Virus record (IMG/VR): IMGVR_UViG_3300048913_000213
From: a virus
Direction: 5' to 3' (one strand)
Length of the DNA stretch: 46,523 nucleotides
The notes under the pieces were generated by a model. It did no database searches. It saw only the letters and a list, made by a program, of their open reading frames with translations, and was not told where the DNA came from. Positions 26,711 through 34,668 of the stretch are shown here, one piece after another. The number at the start of each line of letters is the position of its first letter. Positions within the stretch are counted from its first letter, which is position 1. Position numbers and translations under genes: made by a program.

Positions 26711-26929
26711 CCCGAATTACTTGGAGGGTGGAAGAGGGTACTGGGACGGATTGGGGGTTATTGGAGCCCGAAATAGAGGCCCGCCACGCGTTCGGAGGGG
26801 GTGGCTGGTAGGACAGTCTAGGGAGGGGTGTTTGCGAGGCGTGGCGGGGGCAATCCGTCGAAATTTGCCGCATGGCGGGCGGGGGAAATGGGCCGGATTT
26901 TCACCGGCCCGGTGCGGGAGAGTTATCGC

Positions 26930-26955
26930 GCCACATTACACAGCCGTAATGTGAC
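26930..26955. repeat. PIR copy 10
   Basis: GCCACATTAC-acagcc-GTAATGTGAC followed by TCCATAAC, with left flank AGTTATCGC. Confidence 0.9.
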
Positions 26956-26963
26956 TCCATAAC

Positions 26964-27413
26964 TTAAATCCATTCACCTGTGAGGTTGTGGTAGGCAACT
27001 ACGAACTCCCATTCCCATCTGGCCAGCTTAGCTTCCCATTCAGACTTGCCCTGATAAAGACAAGTCTTGACTCCTCGGTAAATCCCCTCGGCACGCCAGC
27101 GAACTCCTTTCTCGCAATAGACCCCCTTAGTGCCAGATGTGTTGCTTCTTCTCAGATCTTTTTGATTCATAGATTGTGTAGCTCTATCAGCCCATCGACA
27201 ATTTTCAGGACTATAGCCTTTATCATTATCGATTCTATCCAGACTAACCTCTAAGGAAGGACGTTCCCCCATATCAGCTAGAAAGTTGTCAAAACTATCC
27301 CAGTGAGCCGCATAGCGAATACCTCGTCCGCCGTAATCCTGATATCTATCGTTGTTTGGATTATTGCATCTTTGTCGCATAGCCCACCAGGATCTGTACG
27401 TAGGGTTTTTCAT
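26964..27413 (-). CDS. HNH endonuclease with an AP2 DNA-binding domain (free-standing homing endonuclease)
   Basis: Start set at ATG 27413, with GAAGGA upstream and lying just after the polymerase stop. Motifs: YGGRGI...SLDRIDNDKGYSPENCRWA..TQSMN (HNH_3-like) and SGTKGVY..GVRWRAE.. (AP2-like). Markedly AT-rich. Confidence 0.8.
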   Translation of the reverse strand: MKNPTYRSWWAMRQRCNNPNNDRYQDYGGRGIRYAAHWDSFDNFLADMGERPSLEVSLDRIDNDKGYSPENCRWADRATQSMNQKDLRRSNTSGTKGVYCEKGVRWRAEGIYRGVKTCLYQGKSEWEAKLARWEWEFVVAYHNLTGEWI

Positions 27414-27418
27414 ATCCT

Positions 27419-29809
27419 TCACTGGCAATCTCCCCAGCTCTTCGTGGAACTGACCACACCAACAGGGACAATCATCGGCGTAGCATATGGCAGAACAATC
27501 TGGCTTTCTTCCACAATCCGACGCAAAGCCCAATCCCCATGGTGGGTTTCGAATTGCCCAGCGAGCGAATCGTGTACCTGCAACAAGACCTCGACCTCTG
27601 GAAGATTGTTGTCGATATTCTCGTAGGCACGGTTAATCAGACAGCCTACCGTGGATTGCGGAATCCAAGCAACAGCCTGATTGAACACGTTCCCCTCGAT
27701 CCGGTCGAAGAAGTGGAACCGATAGCCGAAGACGTTTTGAATCCAGCGGCGACCGGAGACTTGTTTTTTGATTTCGTCCTGCCATGCTTTGATTTCAGGA
27801 CACAAGCCGAAGTACCACTTCTGAATCCGTTCGACTTCCTTCACGATCAAGCCGATCCTCGGGCTAATCCCTTCCGGGGTGCCGAGGTAATTAGTGCCAT
27901 GGCACAGTGCTTTAAACATCGCATACTCCCGAGGATGCGAGTTCTTCGTCATCGAAGGATTCCTGTAATACTCCTTCATCACCTCGACGTAAGGCTTCCT
28001 TCCGGCAGTGAATTGCTCCAGCATCCATTTGCAGCCACTCTCACCAGTGACAACTCGCAAATCTGCGCTGTCCAGGTCGATATCGAAGAACGTGTGACCT
28101 GGATCTGGAATGTACAGTGTACGAATGTTCGGCAGCTCAAGCCCTTCGTCCTCAGTCTCACCGCCTTTCGGAATGTTTTGGAGGTTTGCACCTGTTCCAA
28201 AAGCGTTCTTAGCGGAAGCGAATCGGTAGGTATCTGTTCCGCAGACGTTAAAGCTCGTACGCATGCGCCCGTCGGTATCCAATGGGGCTGAAACAAAGGT
28301 AGAGTGAAATACCCCAAGAGAACGCAACTCAGCGATTTTGCGGGTAACAGGGGCCAGGATGGGTTCTCTGGAAGCGATACGGTGAAGGGCTTCGTCATCG
28401 GTCGTCACTCCTTTCGTCTTGCGGTTGATGATGGGGCGCATCCCCATCTGACGGTAAAAGAAGTCCGCCATTTGCTTTGGGGATTTGATGTTGAGAGAGG
28501 AACCGGTTACATCGGCCAGCCACGCCTCGCGGGAGGCCACCTCGGCCATGAGTTCCATGGCGAATTGAGCGCGGCGCTGCATGTCCACTCGGAGGCCGCG
28601 ATTCATGGTTTTGAGGACGCGGGGGGCGAGGCGTTGCTGGAAGTCATCCACGGCTTGCAGCCCCATGGCAGAGACGACTTTGGAGAGGACTTCCTCGATG
28701 GCGAGAGTCCGCACGGCGTCGGTGCAATTGTAAATCCAGTACTTGTCTTCGCCCTCACCTTTCGGGCCTTCAGTCCAATTGGTACGGTCGTCTTTCCAAT
28801 AGAGGTGGTCGTCCAGGTACATTGAGGAAAGGAACGCAAGGTTCTTTTCCATGTTGGAGAAGCACGAGTGCTGCTGGATCATCGTGTCCTTGACGGAAGG
28901 GCAGATGAAGTGCCACCAACGATAGAAGTACTGCGCGTCGTAGTTCCAGTTCTGGCCTACGATAGTCACGAGTAAACAGAGCTGGTAAATCAGGAACACG
29001 AGTTCGGCTTCTTCGGCCTCAGACCAATAGCCTTCGGCTTTACCGGATTGCATAAACGGAATGCAGAAGGCTTCAGTCTTGGACTTCGCAAAGGCGATGC
29101 AGGAAATGTGGCCGGCACGAGTCTCGATGTCGCCGCCGATCTTACGGCGTTCACCTGTGACTGCGGTGTGGGCTTTGGCGAGGGCGATGTAAGACAGCAG
29201 CTCGGCTTTAGCCTGTTCAAAGGTTGGCCGAATGAGGAAGTCATACTTCGGACGATTGATCACGGGGGTTTTGCTCTCGCGCAGTGCTCTCCGCAGATCA
29301 TGAACAATCAGCGGCCGCAATTTCCACTGCGCCATCACTTGGTTTGGGTTGATCGTCGGGATGACCTTCACGCCAGGGCAGAGCGTGCTTTCCATTACGC
29401 TCGATCGCCAGTCCTTCGCGCCCCATTCGCCGGTTAATGCCCACAGCCCGAGGTTCCCGAATGTCAGCACCACGTTAGGCTTGAGGCGTTCGATTTCGGC
29501 TTTCAGGACCTGACGCGCGGCGAGGACTTCCGGTGTCGCCCACTTCCCATCAACGAGTTGGTGGTGGCCGAAGATGACTTCCTTTTTCTTCAGTGCGAAG
29601 AGGCTTTCGATCTTGCCTTGCTGGACGCGGCCGCGCATGACCATCGTTGCGGAGCAGTCCTCGAAGAAGAATCCGGCTTCTTTGCACATCTTTTTGAGTT
29701 CGAAGCCGGCTCCGCCGATGAAGGGCGTAGAGTTGAGCAGGTCTTGTTCGTGGGGCCATTCACCGACGATCAGGATCTTGGCATTGGCGCGTTCGATTGG
29801 GTGGATCAT
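27419..29809 (-). CDS. Family A DNA polymerase with 3'-5' exonuclease and an N-terminal UDG (family 4/5)-like domain
   Basis: Start at ATG 29809 in an ATGA overlap with the upstream ORF. UDG-like: ILIVGEWPHEQDLLNSTPFIGGAGFEL...VIPTINPNQV. Exo motifs: GGDIET, NWNYDAQY, YNCTDA. Pol motifs: DLDSADLRV (A), KALCHGTNYLG (B), LLQVHDSL (C). Confidence 0.9.
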   Translation of the reverse strand: MIHPIERANAKILIVGEWPHEQDLLNSTPFIGGAGFELKKMCKEAGFFFEDCSATMVMRGRVQQGKIESLFALKKKEVIFGHHQLVDGKWATPEVLAARQVLKAEIERLKPNVVLTFGNLGLWALTGEWGAKDWRSSVMESTLCPGVKVIPTINPNQVMAQWKLRPLIVHDLRRALRESKTPVINRPKYDFLIRPTFEQAKAELLSYIALAKAHTAVTGERRKIGGDIETRAGHISCIAFAKSKTEAFCIPFMQSGKAEGYWSEAEEAELVFLIYQLCLLVTIVGQNWNYDAQYFYRWWHFICPSVKDTMIQQHSCFSNMEKNLAFLSSMYLDDHLYWKDDRTNWTEGPKGEGEDKYWIYNCTDAVRTLAIEEVLSKVVSAMGLQAVDDFQQRLAPRVLKTMNRGLRVDMQRRAQFAMELMAEVASREAWLADVTGSSLNIKSPKQMADFFYRQMGMRPIINRKTKGVTTDDEALHRIASREPILAPVTRKIAELRSLGVFHSTFVSAPLDTDGRMRTSFNVCGTDTYRFASAKNAFGTGANLQNIPKGGETEDEGLELPNIRTLYIPDPGHTFFDIDLDSADLRVVTGESGCKWMLEQFTAGRKPYVEVMKEYYRNPSMTKNSHPREYAMFKALCHGTNYLGTPEGISPRIGLIVKEVERIQKWYFGLCPEIKAWQDEIKKQVSGRRWIQNVFGYRFHFFDRIEGNVFNQAVAWIPQSTVGCLINRAYENIDNNLPEVEVLLQVHDSLAGQFETHHGDWALRRIVEESQIVLPYATPMIVPVGVVSSTKSWGDCQ

Positions 29810-29988
29810 GCAGGCACCTTGCACTTCCCCCGGCACACCGGGCATACACGGCTGTTGCCGACTCGCAGTCCACGGCCCACGAACACGGTGCCAGTGCCGT
29901 AGCAGTTTTTGCACCGCACCAGAGCAACCGGTGCGGTGCCTTCCGCAAGCGCTTCATCGCGCTTTTCTATAGCTTGTTTGATTGTCAT
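29806..29988 (-). CDS. Small DnaJ-type zinc-finger-like protein (60 aa)
   Basis: CKNCYGTG...CPVCRGKC, i.e. two CxxCxGxG-like knuckles. Translationally coupled to the polymerase. Confidence 0.55.
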   Translation of the reverse strand: MTIKQAIEKRDEALAEGTAPVALVRCKNCYGTGTVFVGRGLRVGNSRVCPVCRGKCKVPA

Positions 29989-29992
29989 TTCA

Positions 29993-31375
29993 TTACCCCA
30001 TCAGACCTTTGAGTTCATCCGCCAGAGCTTGGCCACTCGTTACGTCCTGCGGGCGGTTGAGTTCCTGCAGACGCTTGTACCCCATCGCGTAATACTCGGG
30101 GTTGAGTTCCAGGCCGATGCCCTTGCACTTTTGCTGATCCGCCGCTGGGAAGATCGTGCCACTACCGCTGAAGCAGTCCAGCACCGTGTCGCCGGGCTTG
30201 ACGCTGCGCTGCAAGAGTTGCACGAACAGCTCAACAGGCTTCTGAGCCCCGTGCGTGAGGTTGTCGTCGGCGTAGCTGGTCAGAACGTCCGGGTAGATGG
30301 CGGTGGTTTTCTTGTGCCCTTTGATTGCGTACAGCAGAGTTTCGTACTGGCGGCGTGGGCCTTCGAATGGCAGAGGCACACGACCGCTTCCAGGTTTTGT
30401 GCAAATGAAAGGCGTTCTGAACACATACCAGCCCGCGTCCTGCATCATGCGCTTCAGCTCGTGGAAGTTGTCGATGTCGCAAAAGACATACGCATGAGCT
30501 TCGCGCTTCGCCACCCGGAACGACAACGGGCACCACGCTGTCATCAGTTCTTTCCAATGGGCATAGTCGTCTTTGTAATGGTGTTCATTGTTGGCCAGAC
30601 GACCGCCGCCACCGTCACCGAAGCTATCAGCACCCATACCGTAAGGAGGATCAGTAAGAATAACATCGACGCTCTCTTCAGGCGCCGTTGCCATCCACTG
30701 GAGACAGTTGATATGATGCGCTTCGTGGATGCTGCTGGAGTACGTGGCGCCGACGGTGGCAGCGAGGCGAATGTTCTGCTGTTGCGTCTCTTGCTTTTTG
30801 AGGATTTTGAATGCTTCGTTGACATCTTTGGCCTTTGCGACTTCAGGGTTGTGGGTGTGCTGCGCGACGATGATCTGGCGGCGGATGATTTCTTGATTGG
30901 AGCCCTCGCTCGATCCACGAACCTCCACAGCCGTGTCGGCGACAGCATGGACGCGGCCTTCGGCTTGGGCTTGCTGCGACCGGATGCGGTGGAGTTTGGC
31001 GATTGCAGCGGCCTCGTCCTGCCAATTGAGGGCTTTGCGGCGGATGTTTTCTTCGAGCTCCGCTTCTTCCGCTTGCAGCGGGGTGAGGTCGCCGAGGCTG
31101 ACGAACGGGAGGTAGCCTTCAGGAATGGCTTGGTTGTTATAGCGGAGGGTGCCACCGAGCGCCCACAAGTTTTCGATGGCTTTGATACGGGTTTCCCCCG
31201 CGACGAGGATCTTGCGCACAGGCTCACCCGGTGCATCACGCATCACCGGAGCGTGCAGCAAGCCCTTGCTGAGAATGCCTTCGGACATTTCCTGAATGAA
31301 GGCCGGATCGAATTCCTTGCGCTGCCTGTCGGATTCGATGATGATGTCAGAACGTTTAATGAGTTGGGGTTGCAC
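29993..31375 (-). CDS. ParB-like N-terminal domain fused to an N6-adenine/N4-cytosine DNA methyltransferase (beta class)
   Basis: 460 aa from a GTG start. ParB-like N-terminus (IIIESDRQRKEFDPAFIQEMSEGI..GLLHAPVM), catalytic ILTDPPYG, and a C-terminal SAM motif VLDCFSGSGT. Confidence 0.85.
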   Translation of the reverse strand: MQPQLIKRSDIIIESDRQRKEFDPAFIQEMSEGILSKGLLHAPVMRDAPGEPVRKILVAGETRIKAIENLWALGGTLRYNNQAIPEGYLPFVSLGDLTPLQAEEAELEENIRRKALNWQDEAAAIAKLHRIRSQQAQAEGRVHAVADTAVEVRGSSEGSNQEIIRRQIIVAQHTHNPEVAKAKDVNEAFKILKKQETQQQNIRLAATVGATYSSSIHEAHHINCLQWMATAPEESVDVILTDPPYGMGADSFGDGGGGRLANNEHHYKDDYAHWKELMTAWCPLSFRVAKREAHAYVFCDIDNFHELKRMMQDAGWYVFRTPFICTKPGSGRVPLPFEGPRRQYETLLYAIKGHKKTTAIYPDVLTSYADDNLTHGAQKPVELFVQLLQRSVKPGDTVLDCFSGSGTIFPAADQQKCKGIGLELNPEYYAMGYKRLQELNRPQDVTSGQALADELKGLMG

Positions 31376-31470
31376 AGGAAGCCTTTCGATGGGCTGAATG
31401 TTAGGGAGAAGCTAAAACGCCCACGTCGCAATGAAGCGGCGCAGGCGTCGAATTGACGAGGATTCGGCGT

Positions 31471-31749
31471 CTACGCAGCTGGAGGGGTCGCAGCAGCGGC
31501 TGCAGCTTGGATTTGGTACGGCATCCAGAAAGCGTACGTGCCGGATTCTGGAATCGGATCGTCATCTTGCAGCAGTGGGATCATGCAAGCCGACACCGGG
31601 GTGCCGTTGGCATCGAAGCCGCCGACGTTGATCTGACGATCGTTGTGGACGAAAGTGATCAGGCCTGGGCAAGGCTGGGTCGAGGTCGGGTAGACGATGG
31701 CTGGGTCCAGGTGGAGCAGGACAACGCGGCCGATGGTTGGAGTGATCAT
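31471..31749 (-). CDS. Hypothetical protein (92 aa)
   Basis: ORF with a plausible RBS. No motif recognised. Confidence 0.55.
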   Translation of the reverse strand: MITPTIGRVVLLHLDPAIVYPTSTQPCPGLITFVHNDRQINVGGFDANGTPVSACMIPLLQDDDPIPESGTYAFWMPYQIQAAAAAATPPAA

Positions 31750-31805
31750 GGAAAAGGTTCCTTGATTGGTTGTTGGGTTTGGGAAGAGGGTGCAGCGAAA
31801 AGAGC

Positions 31806-32192
31806 TTAGAACTTCTTGCCGCCGGGCTTCGCACGGTTCGCTGGTTTGTGGTCAGCGCGCTGTGCGTTGTACTGGAGCTTTTCGCTGATGGCTCCACCGA
31901 GATCCAGGCCTTTGCGGCCGGCGAGGTTGAATGCGCGGATGATGGCATCGGCGATTTCGACTTCCAGAGCTGAGCGGTGCGGCAGGTGTTGATCCATAGC
32001 GCCCTTACGGTCGCCTTCCATTGCTTCGGAGATTTCACTGACGATCAGCATCAGCTGCTCGGCGGTGTTGTATGGCTTGAGGTTGCCGTTTTCGTCCGTC
32101 CACCAGCCGGAAGCGAGGGCAGCTTCGTGGCAGGTACGGGTCAGGATGTCAGCGGCGGTTGTGATATGACTGGGGTTGATGATGGAGGTCAT
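31806..32192 (-). CDS. MazG-like nucleotide pyrophosphohydrolase
   Basis: 128 aa. LMLIVSEISEAMEG...EVEIADAIIRAFNLAGRKGLDL...KLQYNAQR shows the all-alpha NTP-PPase E..E..E...D pattern. Confidence 0.7.
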   Translation of the reverse strand: MTSIINPSHITTAADILTRTCHEAALASGWWTDENGNLKPYNTAEQLMLIVSEISEAMEGDRKGAMDQHLPHRSALEVEIADAIIRAFNLAGRKGLDLGGAISEKLQYNAQRADHKPANRAKPGGKKF

Positions 32193-32195
32193 GGC

Positions 32196-32423
32196 TTAGT
32201 CCTCGCCTTCTTCATCAGGCATGACGGAATCAGAATCCAGCTCAGGGACTTCATCGGATTTAAAACAGACAAAGCCGACATCAACTGCAGCATCTGCGAC
32301 TTCCTGCGAATCTGTACCAAACAAGTCACCGTCTTCGTCCACCAGTAAAAACTTGAATTGAGTTGCCATCTTGAATCTCCTATAACTTTTCGAAAGAACC
32401 GGAGCCGAAGCCCCGATTACCAC
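32196..32423 (-). CDS. Acidic hypothetical protein (75 aa)
   Basis: ORF with an AGGAG RBS. D/E-rich C-terminus. Confidence 0.5.
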   Translation of the reverse strand: MVIGASAPVLSKSYRRFKMATQFKFLLVDEDGDLFGTDSQEVADAAVDVGFVCFKSDEVPELDSDSVMPDEEGED

Positions 32424-32546
32424 AACTATTAACTAGTGCCCCCACTTTGCACTGCGGAATCACTTCCGACTAAGGCAGGCAGGAGGCGTCTCCCCGACTG
32501 GGAATCTCCCAGTCCCTACAACACCGGCCATCTGGCCGACGCCGGC

Positions 32547-32993
32547 TTACAGCTTCGCAGTGCCTTTGACTTCCGCGAACGTGTCTTCGCCGACGATGCG
32601 GTGCGCCACGCTGATCTTGGCCGACTGGCCCGGCAGCGAGTGGAACGAGAACGGCTGCGAAGGATCGTTTAGACCAACGGCTTCACGCAGACGGCCCAGG
32701 CCGATGTTCTTGCCTTTCGACATGTCCAGGCCGCCCTGCGGGGTGGTGTCCAGCATGATGCCCTGCTTCACGGTCACGGTATCGCGGCCGAGTTCAGCTT
32801 TGACGCCGGCGTCTTCCACCAGCCAGAACACGTCCAGCGCGATACCGGTCGAGGTGCCGTCTTTGGATTGCCACTGACGCGGCACGACTTTTTCGATGAT
32901 GCCTTGGAACTCGCCGACTGGGACTGGAATGACTTTGGTATCGTTGGCGCCGGTGAAGGTGGAATTCAGAAACAGGTCTGGATCGAAGCTCAT
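32547..32993 (-). CDS. DUF669-like protein (putative ssDNA-binding partner of the Sak4-type ATPase)
   Basis: 148 aa with an AAGGAA RBS. Size, sequence style and adjacency to the AAA_24-type ATPase resemble the DUF669 / Sak4-partner pattern. Called from memory of that family. Confidence 0.45.
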   Translation of the reverse strand: MSFDPDLFLNSTFTGANDTKVIPVPVGEFQGIIEKVVPRQWQSKDGTSTGIALDVFWLVEDAGVKAELGRDTVTVKQGIMLDTTPQGGLDMSKGKNIGLGRLREAVGLNDPSQPFSFHSLPGQSAKISVAHRIVGEDTFAEVKGTAKL

Positions 32994-33167
32994 GATGATT
33001 TCCTTTAGAGAAGGGCTTAGCGGTTTGGTATGGGCTAGGCTAGGGTTAAGGTTTATGGTGCCGGGGGGATGATTCCCCGCCCCCGGCTGCGGGAGGTTGT
33101 ATAGTGGCCGGTTTGCGGCCAGAGGTCAATGCTGAAGTGTGCAGTTTTGAGGCGTCCGGGTTTTGGT

Positions 33168-33193
33168 GCCACATTACGGCGGAGTAATGTGGC
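33168..33193. repeat. PIR copy 11
   Basis: GCCACATTAC-ggcgga-GTAATGTGGC, perfect. Lies 4 nt downstream of the ATPase stop (33198 on the minus strand). Confidence 0.9.
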
Positions 33194-33197
33194 TCCG

Positions 33198-34046
33198 TTA
33201 CAGCACCCCACCACGGCTCTGCCACTTTTTCACAATCGGCCCGAAGTCTGCTGGCAGCTTACTGCTGATCGCAAGGTTCCGGGTCTTGACATCCGCCATT
33301 GCACTGCCAGTATCCCAGTTCCAGTTCGCACCTTCCCGCACGGTCAGGATCACGTCCGAAAACATCGGAGGGAGCTTTGGCCCGAGCGCCTTGCCCAAGC
33401 TCGAAAGCATGATCTTCGTGCCACCGAGAACTGCATCGGTTTCGCGCTCGACATGGCTGATCAGGACGAAGTGACACTTCAGCTGATTCGTCAGCATGAA
33501 GAGGAGGGTTTCGACTTGCTTCTGGGCGATGCCCCAATCGCTTTGGTTGGAGACTGGCTTGCCGCCGACAACAAGGCCCATGGCAGCACGACACAGCCCG
33601 GCCATGCCGTCCATGACAAGAGCCCGACTCGGCCCCCAGGTGTCGGCGCAACCGAAGGACTGGCCAGTGCGATCGTCTTTGAAGTCGTTGAGGGCTTCGA
33701 GGATCTTCTCGAACTGATTGTACTTCGAGCGGTTCGGGTCTTGGAGCTTGGCCAGAGTGTCGAGCGCCATAGTGTTGACCTTTTTGGCGTTGGACAAGAG
33801 CTCGCTGAAGCTCGCTTTTTGAGATTCGACTTGGTGCCAGTGGAGGTTCTCCGGGATGGGCTTACCCTTGTCGGTGAAGTAGCCGAGTAGGGATTCGAGA
33901 CCCGGCTCCAGGCCGAGGTAGAAGACCTCGACGCCGGCTTCGACGAGGGAGCCGATGCTGTGGGTTTTGCCTGTGCCTGCTGGGCCCATGAGCAGGACGT
34001 TGACACCATTGAGAGCGGAAACTGCGGGAGTAGTAGTTGCGGTCAT
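33198..34046 (-). CDS. RecA-like/AAA_24 (Sak4-type) ATPase
   Basis: 282 aa. Walker A VLLMGPAGTGKTHS and Walker B-like RALVMDGMAG. Typical gene order with DUF669 and a nuclease. Confidence 0.7.
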   Translation of the reverse strand: MTATTTPAVSALNGVNVLLMGPAGTGKTHSIGSLVEAGVEVFYLGLEPGLESLLGYFTDKGKPIPENLHWHQVESQKASFSELLSNAKKVNTMALDTLAKLQDPNRSKYNQFEKILEALNDFKDDRTGQSFGCADTWGPSRALVMDGMAGLCRAAMGLVVGGKPVSNQSDWGIAQKQVETLLFMLTNQLKCHFVLISHVERETDAVLGGTKIMLSSLGKALGPKLPPMFSDVILTVREGANWNWDTGSAMADVKTRNLAISSKLPADFGPIVKKWQSRGGVL

Positions 34047-34049
34047 TTC

Positions 34050-34412
34050 TTAGTTCCAATCATTATCGTAAGCCTGCCAATGCAGGTCCAATTCCCGAGC
34101 CAGCACTTCCTTCGGAAAGCTCTCCGGGAAGCTCTTGTCAAAGCTCAGCCAGAGGCTCCCCGGAATACGCCATCGGCTCGGGTACTTTTCGGGACATTTC
34201 CTGCAATTGGCGGTGAGGTTGTTCCAGCGCATCGGCTCCGCGTCCCCGAGAGTTACTGGGGACTTCGCCCACTGCTCCCCGCAACAGCCACACACGAAGC
34301 TGTAGCTCCATGGAGTTTCCTGCTTGCCGTCGGCGGAGCGGTATCCGGCAGGAGCGCTGCCGAGATAGCGACCGTCAACGAGGAAGTGGCGAGTGAAGGG
34401 AGTGTGGGACAT
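34050..34412 (-). CDS. Cys-rich hypothetical protein (120 aa)
   Basis: CGCCGEQW...CRKCPEK suggests a zinc ribbon. Confidence 0.5.
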   Translation of the reverse strand: MSHTPFTRHFLVDGRYLGSAPAGYRSADGKQETPWSYSFVCGCCGEQWAKSPVTLGDAEPMRWNNLTANCRKCPEKYPSRWRIPGSLWLSFDKSFPESFPKEVLARELDLHWQAYDNDWN

Positions 34413-34425
34413 GGCGCCGTTGCCT

Positions 34426-34668
34426 TTAGTGTTTCGGTGGCAGGATGATTCCGCTGATCGGGAACTTTGCTTCCAGTGCTTCGTGCCGGTTGACGGCCGA
34501 GTAGCCGATTTCGTTGATCGCAGGACTGAGGAACGGGAAGAACTGCCCCAGCACTTGAACGAGTTCGTTCAGGTAGATTTCATCGTTGATCACGCGCTCG
34601 ACGAGGTACTCGTGGGAGCAGTCTTCGAGCTGGCGCTTGCGCTCATTGGTTTGGATGGTGCTGGTCAT
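34426..34668 (-). CDS. Hypothetical protein (80 aa)
   Basis: ORF with a 4-nt overlap to the upstream nuclease gene. Confidence 0.5.
   Translation of the reverse strand: MTSTIQTNERKRQLEDCSHEYLVERVINDEIYLNELVQVLGQFFPFLSPAINEIGYSAVNRHEALEAKFPISGIILPPKH

Larger units (their letters stand above)
26657..26963. other. GC-rich non-coding island B, at the convergence of the late and early arms
   Basis: 307 bp with no credible ORF. Bounded by PIR copies 9 and 10. Contains a G-rich module (26769..26915) homologous to 43833..43935. Confidence 0.7.

Noticed and set aside
31806-32192. MazG plus PolA as a hint of a 2-aminoadenine (Z-genome) pathway.
   Set aside because: No PurZ (PurA-like, GDEGKGK motif) or DatZ (HD) gene was found. 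The only purine-pathway-like gene is PurD-like, which is not part of the known Z pathway.
32496-32514. A perfect 8-bp hairpin, GACTGGGA-atc-TCCCAGTC, in the gap after the DUF669-like gene.
   Set aside because: No U-tract follows it on either strand and it is a single occurrence. It may stabilise mRNA, but the evidence is insufficient to call it a terminator or regulatory site.
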